Part shown: positions 1 to 8,292 of the stretch, piece by piece
How positions within the stretch are numbered: the stretch's first letter is position 1
How the letters are laid out: every line of letters begins with the position of its first letter
NCBI GenBank assembly: GCA_035627595.1
Contig: DASPLK010000005.1
Coordinates: 69,513-133,512, forward strand
From: Minisyncoccota bacterium
GTDB taxonomy: Bacteria > Patescibacteriota > Minisyncoccia > Phycocordibacterales > Phycocordibacteraceae
Length of the DNA: 64,000 nucleotides
Direction: 5' to 3'
Position numbers and translations under genes: made by a program
The notes under the pieces: generated by a model
Told to the model about the DNA's origin: nothing
What the model saw: only the letters and a program-made list of their open reading frames with translations
The model's database searches: none

Positions 1-3
1 GCT

Positions 4-297
4 ATGAAGGAATGGCTCTACATCCGAATACAGGAAGTGCCTGAGCTCGTCTGGAGTGAAAGTAAACCTGCCATGACTAAGGAATGTCCCCCATGTGCGA
101 AGAAACTTCCGCCGCCGCGTGTGATTTGGGTCATGCCGCAGAAACTCAACCGCGGCAGCATCGAACTGGCGCAACAGCTCAAGGAGCGTAGGGCGCTTGG
201 ACATACTCCGTTTAAAGGCATCGGTGTCGAACACGGTGCGGTCAAAATCAAGAAAGTACCTCATTGTGCGGAACTAGCACATCAAATGCCTCCTTAA
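4..297 (+). CDS. hypothetical small protein (weak, at the window edge)
   Basis: 97-aa ORF convergent with the downstream kinase gene; no recognisable motif; may be spurious. Confidence 0.2.
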   Translation: MKEWLYIRIQEVPELVWSESKPAMTKECPPCAKKLPPPRVIWVMPQKLNRGSIELAQQLKERRALGHTPFKGIGVEHGAVKIKKVPHCAELAHQMPP

Positions 298-1144
298 GGA
301 ATTGAATACTGACTTCGGTGCCGACATCTACAGTCTCACCGTCCAGGATAATTGGTATATTTTCACGCGAAGATACGGTAACGCTCCGGGTACGCACTAT
401 GGCGACCTGCTTAGCTTCACGCCACTGCCCGAATGCAGCAGCAGTTGCAAGCGCGAGCACTTCTCCAGCATCGTTCACATCTATGACTGCCGCTTCAAAA
501 ACGTCACGGTCGCTCTCAAGCGAACTTGATACCAATGGACACGTTACCGTAAGTGCCTCAGTGTCGCCCTCGTGCATTTCATTGAACTGGTAGTGGATCT
601 TATCCGCAAACATGTGACTGAGAGCGACCTTCCCGTGCTCAATCATTTCTCCGATATTCCTGGCGCGCAGTGCTTCGCGAACGTGGGTCCAGAGCGCTGG
701 TGCGCCACACACGGCCGCAATGAAGAAGCGATGTCCGGCGACCTCGCCGCCTGAGATCCGCTTTACCGTAGGAGCCATAAGTACAGACCGTAGAATCTCC
801 TGCCACGAGCCTGTCCCGTAGAGCGCTTTTGGGAGGACGTTCATAGTTCCGCCGGGAAGCGGTATGAGAAGCGGTCCCTCTGGGGTACAAAGCTCGGCAG
901 CGCTACGTATGGTGCCGTCTCCGCCTAGGACGATAAGGACATCGAGATCGCGCTTGGCAACTTCTGCGAACGCCAGGTGTAACTCATCAGAAGCGCTGCA
1001 CCAAATACGGACAGGAGTCAGCTCATACTCCTGAAGGATTGCCTCCATTTCAGCTACGGATTCATTACTACAGCTACCGCTTGCGGTATTGAGTACCGCA
1101 CCTATTTTAAGGCTCTTGAGGTCTACCACGCGGAGTTGCTCCAT
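248..1144 (-). CDS. diacylglycerol-kinase-family lipid kinase (DAGK_cat, YegS/BmrU-like)
   Basis: 298 aa; GGDGT motif (LIVLGGDGTIRSAAE) typical of the DAGK catalytic domain; NAD-kinase-like fold layout. Confidence 0.6.
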   Translation of the reverse strand: MEQLRVVDLKSLKIGAVLNTASGSCSNESVAEMEAILQEYELTPVRIWCSASDELHLAFAEVAKRDLDVLIVLGGDGTIRSAAELCTPEGPLLIPLPGGTMNVLPKALYGTGSWQEILRSVLMAPTVKRISGGEVAGHRFFIAAVCGAPALWTHVREALRARNIGEMIEHGKVALSHMFADKIHYQFNEMHEGDTEALTVTCPLVSSSLESDRDVFEAAVIDVNDAGEVLALATAAAFGQWREAKQVAIVRTRSVTVSSRENIPIILDGETVDVGTEVSIQFLKEAFDVLVPHNEVLS

Positions 1145-1193
1145 TAGCTCTACCTTATCAAGCTTGGGTGAACGGGAGGTTAACCTAGTCGAG

Positions 1194-2456
1194 CTATGCG
1201 CTATTCCCCGCTATATATCCGGTGGTCCAGCACAGTTGAAGGGAGTATCCGCCAGATGGTCTGGTGATGTGGAGTAGGTCGCCGATAACAAATAGGTTCG
1301 GGGACCGAAGCGAGCGCATGGTGCGCATATCCATTTCTGTCAGCCGAACGCCGCCGTCTGCAACTACAGCGCGGTCGTACCCCATAAGCCCCGAGATCGT
1401 GACTGGAAGTGCTTTGAACGTATCAACGAGCGCCCGACGCTCTTCCTTGGTTACGCTATGCACCTTCTTTTCAGGATCAACAGGGACAAGTGCGAGCAGT
1501 CCGTCGGTGGTACCCGGAGGGAGAAACTCAGGCGCGACATTTTTAAGAAGCTTGTTCTTGTTCGCATCAAAGTGCTCTCGCAGCTTTGTATCCAGTTCGC
1601 CAATGTTAAATGTGGGGAAGAGGTCTATCGTCGCGGTCACAGGGCCCTCATGGAGCAGATCCGCCACCTTGCCTGCGCTATTGAGTATGGTTGGACCAGA
1701 CAGACCGAAATGGGTGAGGAGAATATTGCCGGTAGCGCTGAATTTCTTCTCCCTCTTTGTATAGAACGTTATCTTCGCTTGCGGAAACGTCTTGCCTACA
1801 AGAGCTTGTATCCAGGCGTCCTTAGCTTTGAGCGGTACGATGGTCGGTGTCGGATCTTCTACGCTATGGCCGAGCTCTCGAAGCCACGCGAAGCCGTCGC
1901 CCGTCGAACCGGTCTCCGGATGCGATACGCCGCCCGTTGCAAATATATATGAGTCAGCAACATACTCTCCCCCGCTTGCTACTATCTTCGCTATCTTTCC
2001 GTCAGCGACAACGACTTTGCGCACCGGCGTACCAAGGCGCACATCAACCTTGCCCCGCTCTACGTATGCGGCAAGCGTACGCACCACATCCTGTGCGTTC
2101 TCGCTTTTGGGAAAAGCGCGCTTACGTGCCTCCACCATGAGCGGCAAGCCGCGAGACTCGAAGAATGTGAATGTATCTTCCATGCCAAATTCTGAGAACG
2201 GCGAATAAAGGAATTGCTCAGCAGATCCGTAGTGCTTAAGGAGCGTTTTAATATCCTCCTCTGCGTTCGTAATATTGCAGCGTCCGCCACCGGTGATGCG
2301 GAGCTTTTTCCCAAGCCTTTCGTTCTTCTCGAACAATAGAACCCGCTTACCACGCTCCGCTGCCCGGCCTGCTGCCATGAGTCCTGCAGCGCCTCCTCCT
2401 ATGACAATAACATCAGGGCGATGGGGGTCGGGGGTCATGTAGCGTTCTTCTTTCAA
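1194..2456 (-). CDS. HI0933/BaiN-family FAD-dependent flavoprotein
   Basis: 420 aa; N-terminal Rossmann motif VIVIGGGAAGLMAA; GGGRCN motif characteristic of HI0933-like flavoproteins. Confidence 0.7.
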   Translation of the reverse strand: MKEERYMTPDPHRPDVIVIGGGAAGLMAAGRAAERGKRVLLFEKNERLGKKLRITGGGRCNITNAEEDIKTLLKHYGSAEQFLYSPFSEFGMEDTFTFFESRGLPLMVEARKRAFPKSENAQDVVRTLAAYVERGKVDVRLGTPVRKVVVADGKIAKIVASGGEYVADSYIFATGGVSHPETGSTGDGFAWLRELGHSVEDPTPTIVPLKAKDAWIQALVGKTFPQAKITFYTKREKKFSATGNILLTHFGLSGPTILNSAGKVADLLHEGPVTATIDLFPTFNIGELDTKLREHFDANKNKLLKNVAPEFLPPGTTDGLLALVPVDPEKKVHSVTKEERRALVDTFKALPVTISGLMGYDRAVVADGGVRLTEMDMRTMRSLRSPNLFVIGDLLHITRPSGGYSLQLCWTTGYIAGNSA

Positions 2457-2464
2457 GCTTACAC

Positions 2465-2785
2465 TTATACGACCTCAATTGGGTATACGTCCGTCGCAGG
2501 CTCTTCGTATGGGTGGACCTCCTTAATAGCCTTAAGCACCGCTTGCAGCGTATCTCCGGTACATACCGTTTCGATGCGGTCCTCGTGCACCTCTTCAAGC
2601 TTCCCAATAGAGCCGATAGTTGGATTTGCGCCCGCTTCAGGCTTGAACCGGCCAATTCCTTTTATTGTAAAAGTGCAGTGCGAGTAATTCCCTATCTTCC
2701 CAGCACCAGCATTGCCTATAGCCTCGCGCAGCTTATCAGCATGGTCTTCGGGAACGTATACCACTAGCTTGTAGCGTTTCTCCAT
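2465..2785 (-). CDS. small PII/CutA-like fold protein (Nif3-insert-domain-like)
   Basis: 106 aa; C-terminal VHPYEEP motif resembles the CutA1 HPYEVPE signature; about 100 aa single domain. Confidence 0.35.
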   Translation of the reverse strand: MEKRYKLVVYVPEDHADKLREAIGNAGAGKIGNYSHCTFTIKGIGRFKPEAGANPTIGSIGKLEEVHEDRIETVCTGDTLQAVLKAIKEVHPYEEPATDVYPIEVV

Positions 2786-2855
2786 TACTCCATTGTATCG
2801 CTATCGCAGGTTTTGCTAAGCGACGCGTCTCATGTGGGATAATTTCGCACGAATT

Positions 2856-2883
2856 AGCTGACCGTCTGGGACGTTATTTGAAC
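2856..2883. repeat. direct repeat copy 1 (agctgaccgtctgggacgttatttgaac)
   Basis: 26/28 identical to 3314-3341; overlaps the stop codon of the nucleotidyltransferase gene. Confidence 0.7.
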
Positions 2884-3287
2884 TTTTTTGAACAATACTC
2901 ATCAATAAGTTGCAGATCTCGAAGATCCTTCTCGCGTTTTAGCTGTAGCTTTGCATCCTTAAGCTGATCAAGACTCATGAAAGGAATCCCTTCTTGGAGG
3001 TAAGCTCCAGGTAGCATTTCTTCAAGGGTAGGATTCTCCTTCATAAAGTCTAGGCTTTGCTTTGCACCTGCTGAGTGATCAGGAGTATCGAGCGTAGTCG
3101 AATACTTTTCATTCCGAATCCACCCGTATTCGCTTTCAAGTCTTGAGAAAAGATCAGGCGATACGAGGAGATCAATATCGCCGGCCTGACGGATTCCGAA
3201 TAGTTCCAGGATCGCACTTCCGCACACCATGTAATGCCCCTCCGGCAAGCCAAGGGCACGGACACGCTCGATATAGGTACTAGCCAT
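2874..3287 (-). CDS. Pol-beta-superfamily minimal nucleotidyltransferase
   Basis: 137 aa; G-S-x11-D-I-D motif (GSAILELFGIRQAGDIDLLV) of minimal NTases; gene bracketed by 28-bp direct repeats. Confidence 0.45.
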   Translation of the reverse strand: MASTYIERVRALGLPEGHYMVCGSAILELFGIRQAGDIDLLVSPDLFSRLESEYGWIRNEKYSTTLDTPDHSAGAKQSLDFMKENPTLEEMLPGAYLQEGIPFMSLDQLKDAKLQLKREKDLRDLQLIDEYCSKKFK

Positions 3288-3313
3288 AAAAAAATTATGG
3301 CACGAGAATGACG

Positions 3314-3341
3314 AGCTGACCGTCTGGGACGATATTCGAAC
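3314..3341. repeat. direct repeat copy 2 (agctgaccgtctgggacgatattcgaac)
   Basis: Same orientation as copy 1; 27 nt upstream of the nucleotidyltransferase start; a weaker third partial copy lies at 3386-3402. Confidence 0.7.
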
Positions 3342-3377
3342 CTCAATATGTAGATAATGCTACCTTTGACGCTTTAC

Positions 3378-4178
3378 CTATACGTGAGCTGACGTCCTGC
3401 TCTTAAACGCTTTTGGTTCCTTGAAGCCATCTAATTGGTCAGGGTGATTAGCTAAGAGATAGCGCCTTATGACTTTTGCCATATATCGATTCTTTAAACG
3501 AAAAGCCCTGACTTCCGCTGGAACGTCACTGAAGGGCTGAGTGGTTTTCGATTTATGACAATCGGGGTCCTTAAAGGTGCCCGAATGTTTGGGACAGAGC
3601 GTCAGATAGTCATGTTGATGCTGATGTATATGATGCGCCTCTCCTGATTTTATGTGCCCCAATATCCTATGGTAATCATCCGACAGTTCACTCAAGACCT
3701 CATCGTCCATTCTCCAAAGGAACACGTATTTGATTAAGTACTCTGATCTCGGAATACTTGGGTCATCTACATACCATACGAACAGCACGTACTTGTTCTT
3801 CTTATACAAAGAAGATTCGCGTATGTCCGCATTCTTGTACTCCGAATTGTAATTAATGATGTTTAGAGATAGCGGCTCCTTTACGCTAAGCTGGCCATTC
3901 TTAAGTAGCTTCAAAGGGCTTGTCTTAAGCTCAACATCCAAGTGCTCTATGTCAGCTGCAGCTGTGTTGTTCTTCCCTATGCCAAAATATCCCTCTTCAA
4001 TCACATAACCGACAAAGGCTTTCGTGCTGACACGAGTAGCCTCATCACTGTCAACTATAGAGGGCATTATCTCCCTCAAGGTCTTACCCTCAAGATCTCG
4101 ACGAGCAATCTCCTCGAGTTCCTGGACGGTCTTTATGCTGCTCAGGTCAATGCGGGCTATATACAGAAAGTGTAACAC
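3378..4178 (-). CDS. MutH/Sau3AI-family (PD-(D/E)xK) endonuclease, putative restriction endonuclease
   Basis: 266 aa, GTG start; LDVELKTSP motif matches the MutH catalytic DxExK region (MutH: LGVELKTIP); preceding G-rich segment GYFGIGKN resembles the MutH N-terminal motif; divergent from the m5C methyltransferase gene. Confidence 0.6.
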   Translation of the reverse strand: MLHFLYIARIDLSSIKTVQELEEIARRDLEGKTLREIMPSIVDSDEATRVSTKAFVGYVIEEGYFGIGKNNTAAADIEHLDVELKTSPLKLLKNGQLSVKEPLSLNIINYNSEYKNADIRESSLYKKNKYVLFVWYVDDPSIPRSEYLIKYVFLWRMDDEVLSELSDDYHRILGHIKSGEAHHIHQHQHDYLTLCPKHSGTFKDPDCHKSKTTQPFSDVPAEVRAFRLKNRYMAKVIRRYLLANHPDQLDGFKEPKAFKSRTSAHV

Positions 4179-4258
4179 CCTGAATATCGCCGCAAGATTA
4201 TTACCGTGTAAATGGCCGACTTGATCAAGTTTTATCCAGCTGATAGAATGGGCAAATC

Positions 4259-5530
4259 ATGAAATCAGGCGGCGATAAGATAAGAGTGGTCGAGCTATTC
4301 GCTGGAGTTGGCGGGTTCAGATTAGGGCTCGAAGGATCAAAGGGTAACCGTAAACCGCATCATTCCCACTTTGAGACCGTATGGTTCAACCAATGGGAAC
4401 CCTCCACCAAACGACAGCACGCACATGAGACCTACGCTAGGAATTTTGGTCATATCGATGAATACACCAATGAGGACATCGCGAAAGTGACTGGTCAGGT
4501 TCCTGACCACGATCTCCTAGTAGGTGGCTTTCCTTGCCAGGACTATTCAGTGGCCAGGAACCTCTCTTCTTCTGCAGGCCTTGAAGGAAAGAAAGGTGTG
4601 CTTTGGTGGTCAATCCACGAGATCTTGAATATAAAGGGTTCCAAGGCACCTAACTATTTGATGCTTGAGAATGTAGACCGTCTACTTGTCTCCCCTGCTA
4701 GTCGTCGAGGCAAGGATTTTGCGATTATCCTTTCTTCGCTTATTAAGCTCGGCTATGTGATCGAGTGGCGTGTTATCAATGCTGCTGAGTACGGATTTCC
4801 ACAAAGAAGGAAGCGGACATTCATACTGGGATACAAAAAAGGTTCACCTATAGAAAAGAGGTTCCGAAAACTTAACGACCCTGAGAAGTGGCTCATAAAG
4901 GATGGCGTCGTACAGCAATCATTCCCTGCTGTCTTAGACGGAGATATCCGAACATTCACGATAGACTCTGATCCCGTCATTGTTTCTAAGGAGTTCAACC
5001 TTGAGAAGCCCCAGACCTCCCCATTCGCTAATACTGGTGTCATGGTCGATGGAAGGGTCTATACCGCCCGAGTAACTCCGAACTATAAGGGAAAATACGC
5101 AACTCTTGGTGATGTACTTCTTCCAGAATCCGAGGTTCCGAAGGAATACTACATTGATAAGGAAGATCTTCCCCGCTGGGTATACCTAAAGGGAGCGAAG
5201 AATGAACCTAGGAAGGGTTCTGATGGGTTCGAGTTCACATACAAAGAGGGCGCGATGTCATTCCCGGATTCCCCAACAAAGGCCTCGAGGACTATCATCA
5301 CCGCTGAAGGCGGTAAGACACCTTCCCGTTTCAAGCACGTCGTTAAGACAAAGAAGGGTTATCGACGTCTAACCCCTATCGAATTGGAACGGCTTTGCAT
5401 GTTCCCTGACAATCACACACAGGGCCACCCTGATGCGAGGCGTGCTTTCTTTATGGGCAATGCTCTTGTCGTTGGTGTAATAGATGGACTAGGCAAAGCC
5501 CTAGTAAAGCTCCACACATCTAAGATTTAA
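4259..5530 (+). CDS. dcm: DNA (cytosine-5)-methyltransferase
   Basis: 423 aa; motif I ELFAGVGGF; motif IV GGFPCQDYS; motif VI ENV; motif VIII QRRKRTFILGY; C-terminal GNALVVGVI. Confidence 0.9.
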   Translation: MKSGGDKIRVVELFAGVGGFRLGLEGSKGNRKPHHSHFETVWFNQWEPSTKRQHAHETYARNFGHIDEYTNEDIAKVTGQVPDHDLLVGGFPCQDYSVARNLSSSAGLEGKKGVLWWSIHEILNIKGSKAPNYLMLENVDRLLVSPASRRGKDFAIILSSLIKLGYVIEWRVINAAEYGFPQRRKRTFILGYKKGSPIEKRFRKLNDPEKWLIKDGVVQQSFPAVLDGDIRTFTIDSDPVIVSKEFNLEKPQTSPFANTGVMVDGRVYTARVTPNYKGKYATLGDVLLPESEVPKEYYIDKEDLPRWVYLKGAKNEPRKGSDGFEFTYKEGAMSFPDSPTKASRTIITAEGGKTPSRFKHVVKTKKGYRRLTPIELERLCMFPDNHTQGHPDARRAFFMGNALVVGVIDGLGKALVKLHTSKI

Positions 5531-5975
5531 TTGCGGACCGCACACGCTTCGCAGCCAAAGAAGGATTCTTCTTGATCTCGCATTCCCATACGACAACGAC
5601 CTTCCATCCATCCTTTCTTAGTCCCGACTCTTTTCGTGAGTCACGCTCTTTATTCCTCTTGAACTTCTCCTTCCAGAATCCCTGATTCGATTTTGGTATA
5701 GGTAGCTTACAGTGAGTGCATCTATGCCAGTAACATCCATGCACGAATACAGCTACCTTCTTACCTTTGAATACCAAATCAGGCCTCCCGTGTTCTGTCT
5801 TGAGATGTAGCCGATAACCCCTGGCCCCTAGACTAAAGAGTGCTTTCCGCAACGCTATCTCAGGCTTTGTATTCGAACCTTTATTCGCACTCATAACATT
5901 AGAGGTCTTCCCTTCTTTCGGAATTGGAGATCTTCCGTCGCGAATATAGGCTCTTCTCGATTCGAGTCTATTCAT
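5520..5975 (-). CDS. vsr: very-short-patch-repair (Vsr) endonuclease
   Basis: RPDLVF...KKVAVFVHGCYWHRC...VVVVWECE matches the Vsr core; a start at the internal Met (5894) is likely; 3' end overlaps dcm convergently. Confidence 0.85.
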   Translation of the reverse strand: MNRLESRRAYIRDGRSPIPKEGKTSNVMSANKGSNTKPEIALRKALFSLGARGYRLHLKTEHGRPDLVFKGKKVAVFVHGCYWHRCTHCKLPIPKSNQGFWKEKFKRNKERDSRKESGLRKDGWKVVVVWECEIKKNPSLAAKRVRSAIKS

Positions 5976-6066
5976 GCATACAGGATAAGCTTGTACGTGT
6001 ATCCTGCCCAGAGTAACTTATAGCAACCCAATTTGCTCTCATTTTCACGTAGGACGTATTAATACA

Positions 6067-6097
6067 GAAGAGCCCCGATTGTGGATCGGGGCTCTTC
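6067..6097 (-). terminator. stem-loop terminator downstream of the GHKL ATPase gene
   Basis: gaagagccccgat tgtg gatcggggctcttc, 13-bp perfect stem. Confidence 0.55.
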
Positions 6098-6111
6098 AAA
6101 TGATGAGTAAT

Positions 6112-7665
6112 TTAGTCCAGAAGGACCTTGAGATTCTTGGACATGGTTTCCAGCACCGCATCAAGAAGTGCGGTAGTCTCCGCCGTGCTGTACTTCAGCT
6201 TCGCTTCCCCAAGAGCGTAGGCTAGGAAGGACACTGCGTTCACGAGCTCCTGCTCGTCACGCTGAGCAAACACAACCTTCTGGAAGAAGGGATGTTCATT
6301 ATTCCAGGTGATGACTGTCATGCCACCTTCTTTCTCTGCTGTGAATATATGTCCATGTGCGCCAAGGGCAGCATTCTCGAAGCGAGCTGTGCCACTAAGA
6401 GTGCCAGCACCACGCTGATGCGCACCGACTTGGTAAGCAGACACCTCCACTACCCCCCTTGGGGACCTGCGTTTTGATGAAGGCGGGTTCGCGGCCTCAA
6501 TAGACGGTGCTCGGTCCAGCAACTTCGTCTTCTGGGCAATTGACCCTTCTGCTTCAGAGAAGTCGAGCTCGGTAGACGCCACAGGAGTCTTCCTTCGAGA
6601 GGAGTACTTTGCGCGCAGCCGGTCAACTTCTGGCATTACTTCCTTGGCAATCTTGTCGAGGAATGCTTGGGACGGGTTCACATTGTGCTTTGTGTAGTTG
6701 ATTCCCATTACCGCATCAAGCCGACCTGACACGAGAATTTCAGCACGCACACGGTTCAGGCTGTTATGGCGCACCCACAACCCGTTAAGGTCGTCCGCTG
6801 AGGCGACCTGACGATAATTGCGCAGCACATAGAAACCTTGCGTATCCTGTCCAACAGTCTTCTTCTTTCCCTTTGCTGGAAGTTCGTCAGGCAAACGAAA
6901 GACCTTCACTGTGAACTGCTCAGAAACTCCGGATCCAAGCTTGATTTCGAATGTCTTATTGAACTCCAGGTCCGAGGAATAACCTGATTCCTCGACATAA
7001 CGACCATCGAGCCACATAGGGTCAATGATTGATGCTTCCTTGCCGTTTACGACAATCTTCTTCCCAGCACGAATGAAGTAGCGGTAGATTTCGCCGAGAT
7101 GGTGGCGCAAACCATTCTCAAATTCCTCAATCTCGACACGTTCAAGCTGGTCGCAGTTCTTAAGAACAACAACGGTCCCGTGCGCCCCCAGTCCGTAACC
7201 TTGTGCGATTTTCTCCTGCTCGGATGTAGCCACACCGCGATGAATATCGAAAGAATTCGATTCTTCCATCACATCCAAATCCATAATTCCGACAAGAACT
7301 GGTGACCCTTCCGTCCGGGTGTAGACCTCAACACGCTTTGCAATTGAGATTGAGCCAGTCACAAGACCCATGCCAAAACGACCGAGATCTGAGTCCACAT
7401 TGCGTTCGGTGAGTGATCCGAGACGAAGGGCCTGTTCCAAGACCTTCTCATCCATTCCCGCACCGTTATCGCACACGACTATGGTCGCCTTCCCCGCCTT
7501 CTGATCCCCAGAAATCAGCACTTCGACGACCGATGCGTCTGCATCGAGTGAATTATCGACGATGTCGGAGATTGCGACCTTATTCTCGTAACCACTGTAC
7601 CGAAGAGAAGCCATTAGCTTCCCTGCGTTTGGCGTATTCGCCTGATTGAACTTTTCGTTCTGCAT
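6112..7665 (-). CDS. MutL/MORC-like GHKL (Bergerat-fold) ATPase
   Basis: Motif I IVDNSLDA; motif II VVCDNGAGMD; motif III GRFGMGLVTGSIS as in the MutL N-terminus. Likely start is Met at 7665 (MQNEKFN) with GAGG 13 nt upstream; the ORF track extends to 7827 through the repeats. Confidence 0.7.
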   Translation of the reverse strand: MQNEKFNQANTPNAGKLMASLRYSGYENKVAISDIVDNSLDADASVVEVLISGDQKAGKATIVVCDNGAGMDEKVLEQALRLGSLTERNVDSDLGRFGMGLVTGSISIAKRVEVYTRTEGSPVLVGIMDLDVMEESNSFDIHRGVATSEQEKIAQGYGLGAHGTVVVLKNCDQLERVEIEEFENGLRHHLGEIYRYFIRAGKKIVVNGKEASIIDPMWLDGRYVEESGYSSDLEFNKTFEIKLGSGVSEQFTVKVFRLPDELPAKGKKKTVGQDTQGFYVLRNYRQVASADDLNGLWVRHNSLNRVRAEILVSGRLDAVMGINYTKHNVNPSQAFLDKIAKEVMPEVDRLRAKYSSRRKTPVASTELDFSEAEGSIAQKTKLLDRAPSIEAANPPSSKRRSPRGVVEVSAYQVGAHQRGAGTLSGTARFENAALGAHGHIFTAEKEGGMTVITWNNEHPFFQKVVFAQRDEQELVNAVSFLAYALGEAKLKYSTAETTALLDAVLETMSKNLKVLLD

Positions 7666-7670
7666 ATTTG

Positions 7671-7706
7671 TTTTATGCCTCGACGACGCGTGAGCGCCAC
7701 AAAGAC
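7671..7706. repeat. 36-bp direct repeat A (ttttatgcctcgacgacgcgtgagcgccacaaagac)
   Basis: 34/36 identical to 7790-7825; sits in the 5' leader/RBS region of the GHKL ATPase gene. Confidence 0.75.
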
Positions 7707-7789
7707 GGTTATGAGCACATTTGTAAAGCACAAAGGCCGAGCCGCAGAAGCGACCGGCAAAGAAGTTAAGTAGAGATATCCATAGGTAA

Positions 7790-7825
7790 TTTTGTGCCTC
7801 GACGACGCGCGAGCGCCACAAAGAC
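7790..7825. repeat. 36-bp direct repeat B (ttttgtgcctcgacgacgcgcgagcgccacaaagac)
   Basis: Direct copy of repeat A, 119 bp away; only two copies, so not a CRISPR array. Confidence 0.75.
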
Positions 7826-7860
7826 AATTACTGATAACAGCCGTAGTATACCGCGCATGA

Positions 7861-8292
7861 ACAACCTCGTCAAAACAGGTAACGCGTCCAGGACGCTCGA
7901 GACTAAGTATCCCTTCCCTTCCGGAGATTGAGTCCCGTCTCACTGACGGCTTCTCTTCCGGCCTAATTCGCAAAGAACTCTGCCAAGAGAAGATGAGAGA
8001 AGTCGCTAACAAACGCGCAGAACTAGAGCAGCAGATTGAAGATACTGAATCAAAGAACGGAGTATCATCTGTGACTTTCGAACAGATACAAAACGTGTTT
8101 ATAGAAGGCAGTAGAGCCGCAGAAAAGTATTTGCTCGCCGATGATACGGAAAAGCGAGAGATGCTCCAAAAACTACTTTCGAACGCTACTATCGAAAACG
8201 GAAAAGTGGCGCAGATACAATACAAAAGTCCGTATCAACTACTTGCACTGACCCCTAAAAACGCTGACTTTTCGACTTTGCTGCGGGACTAG
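7861..8292 (+). pseudogene. gene remnant abutting the tRNA-Gln 3' end (possible recombinase/integrase C-terminal fragment)
   Basis: Frame is open from 7861 with no start; first ATG at 7993 gives a 99-aa charged coiled-coil-like tail ending inside the tRNA 3' end; no catalytic motifs visible. Confidence 0.25.

Noticed and set aside
1264-2208. Plus-strand ORFs 1264-1764, 1458-1952 and 1792-2208
   Set aside because: All are antisense to the HI0933-like flavoprotein gene. They have no motifs and low-complexity translations.
7671-7825. Possible CRISPR array
   Set aside because: There are only two repeat copies with an 83-bp spacer, no cas genes in the window, and the repeats are not palindromic.
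7666-7827. Upstream start (7827) for the GHKL ATPase gene
   Set aside because: There is no SD. The extension runs through two non-coding-looking direct repeats in different frames. The Met at 7665 has a GAGG upstream, and the GHKL motif I follows soon after.
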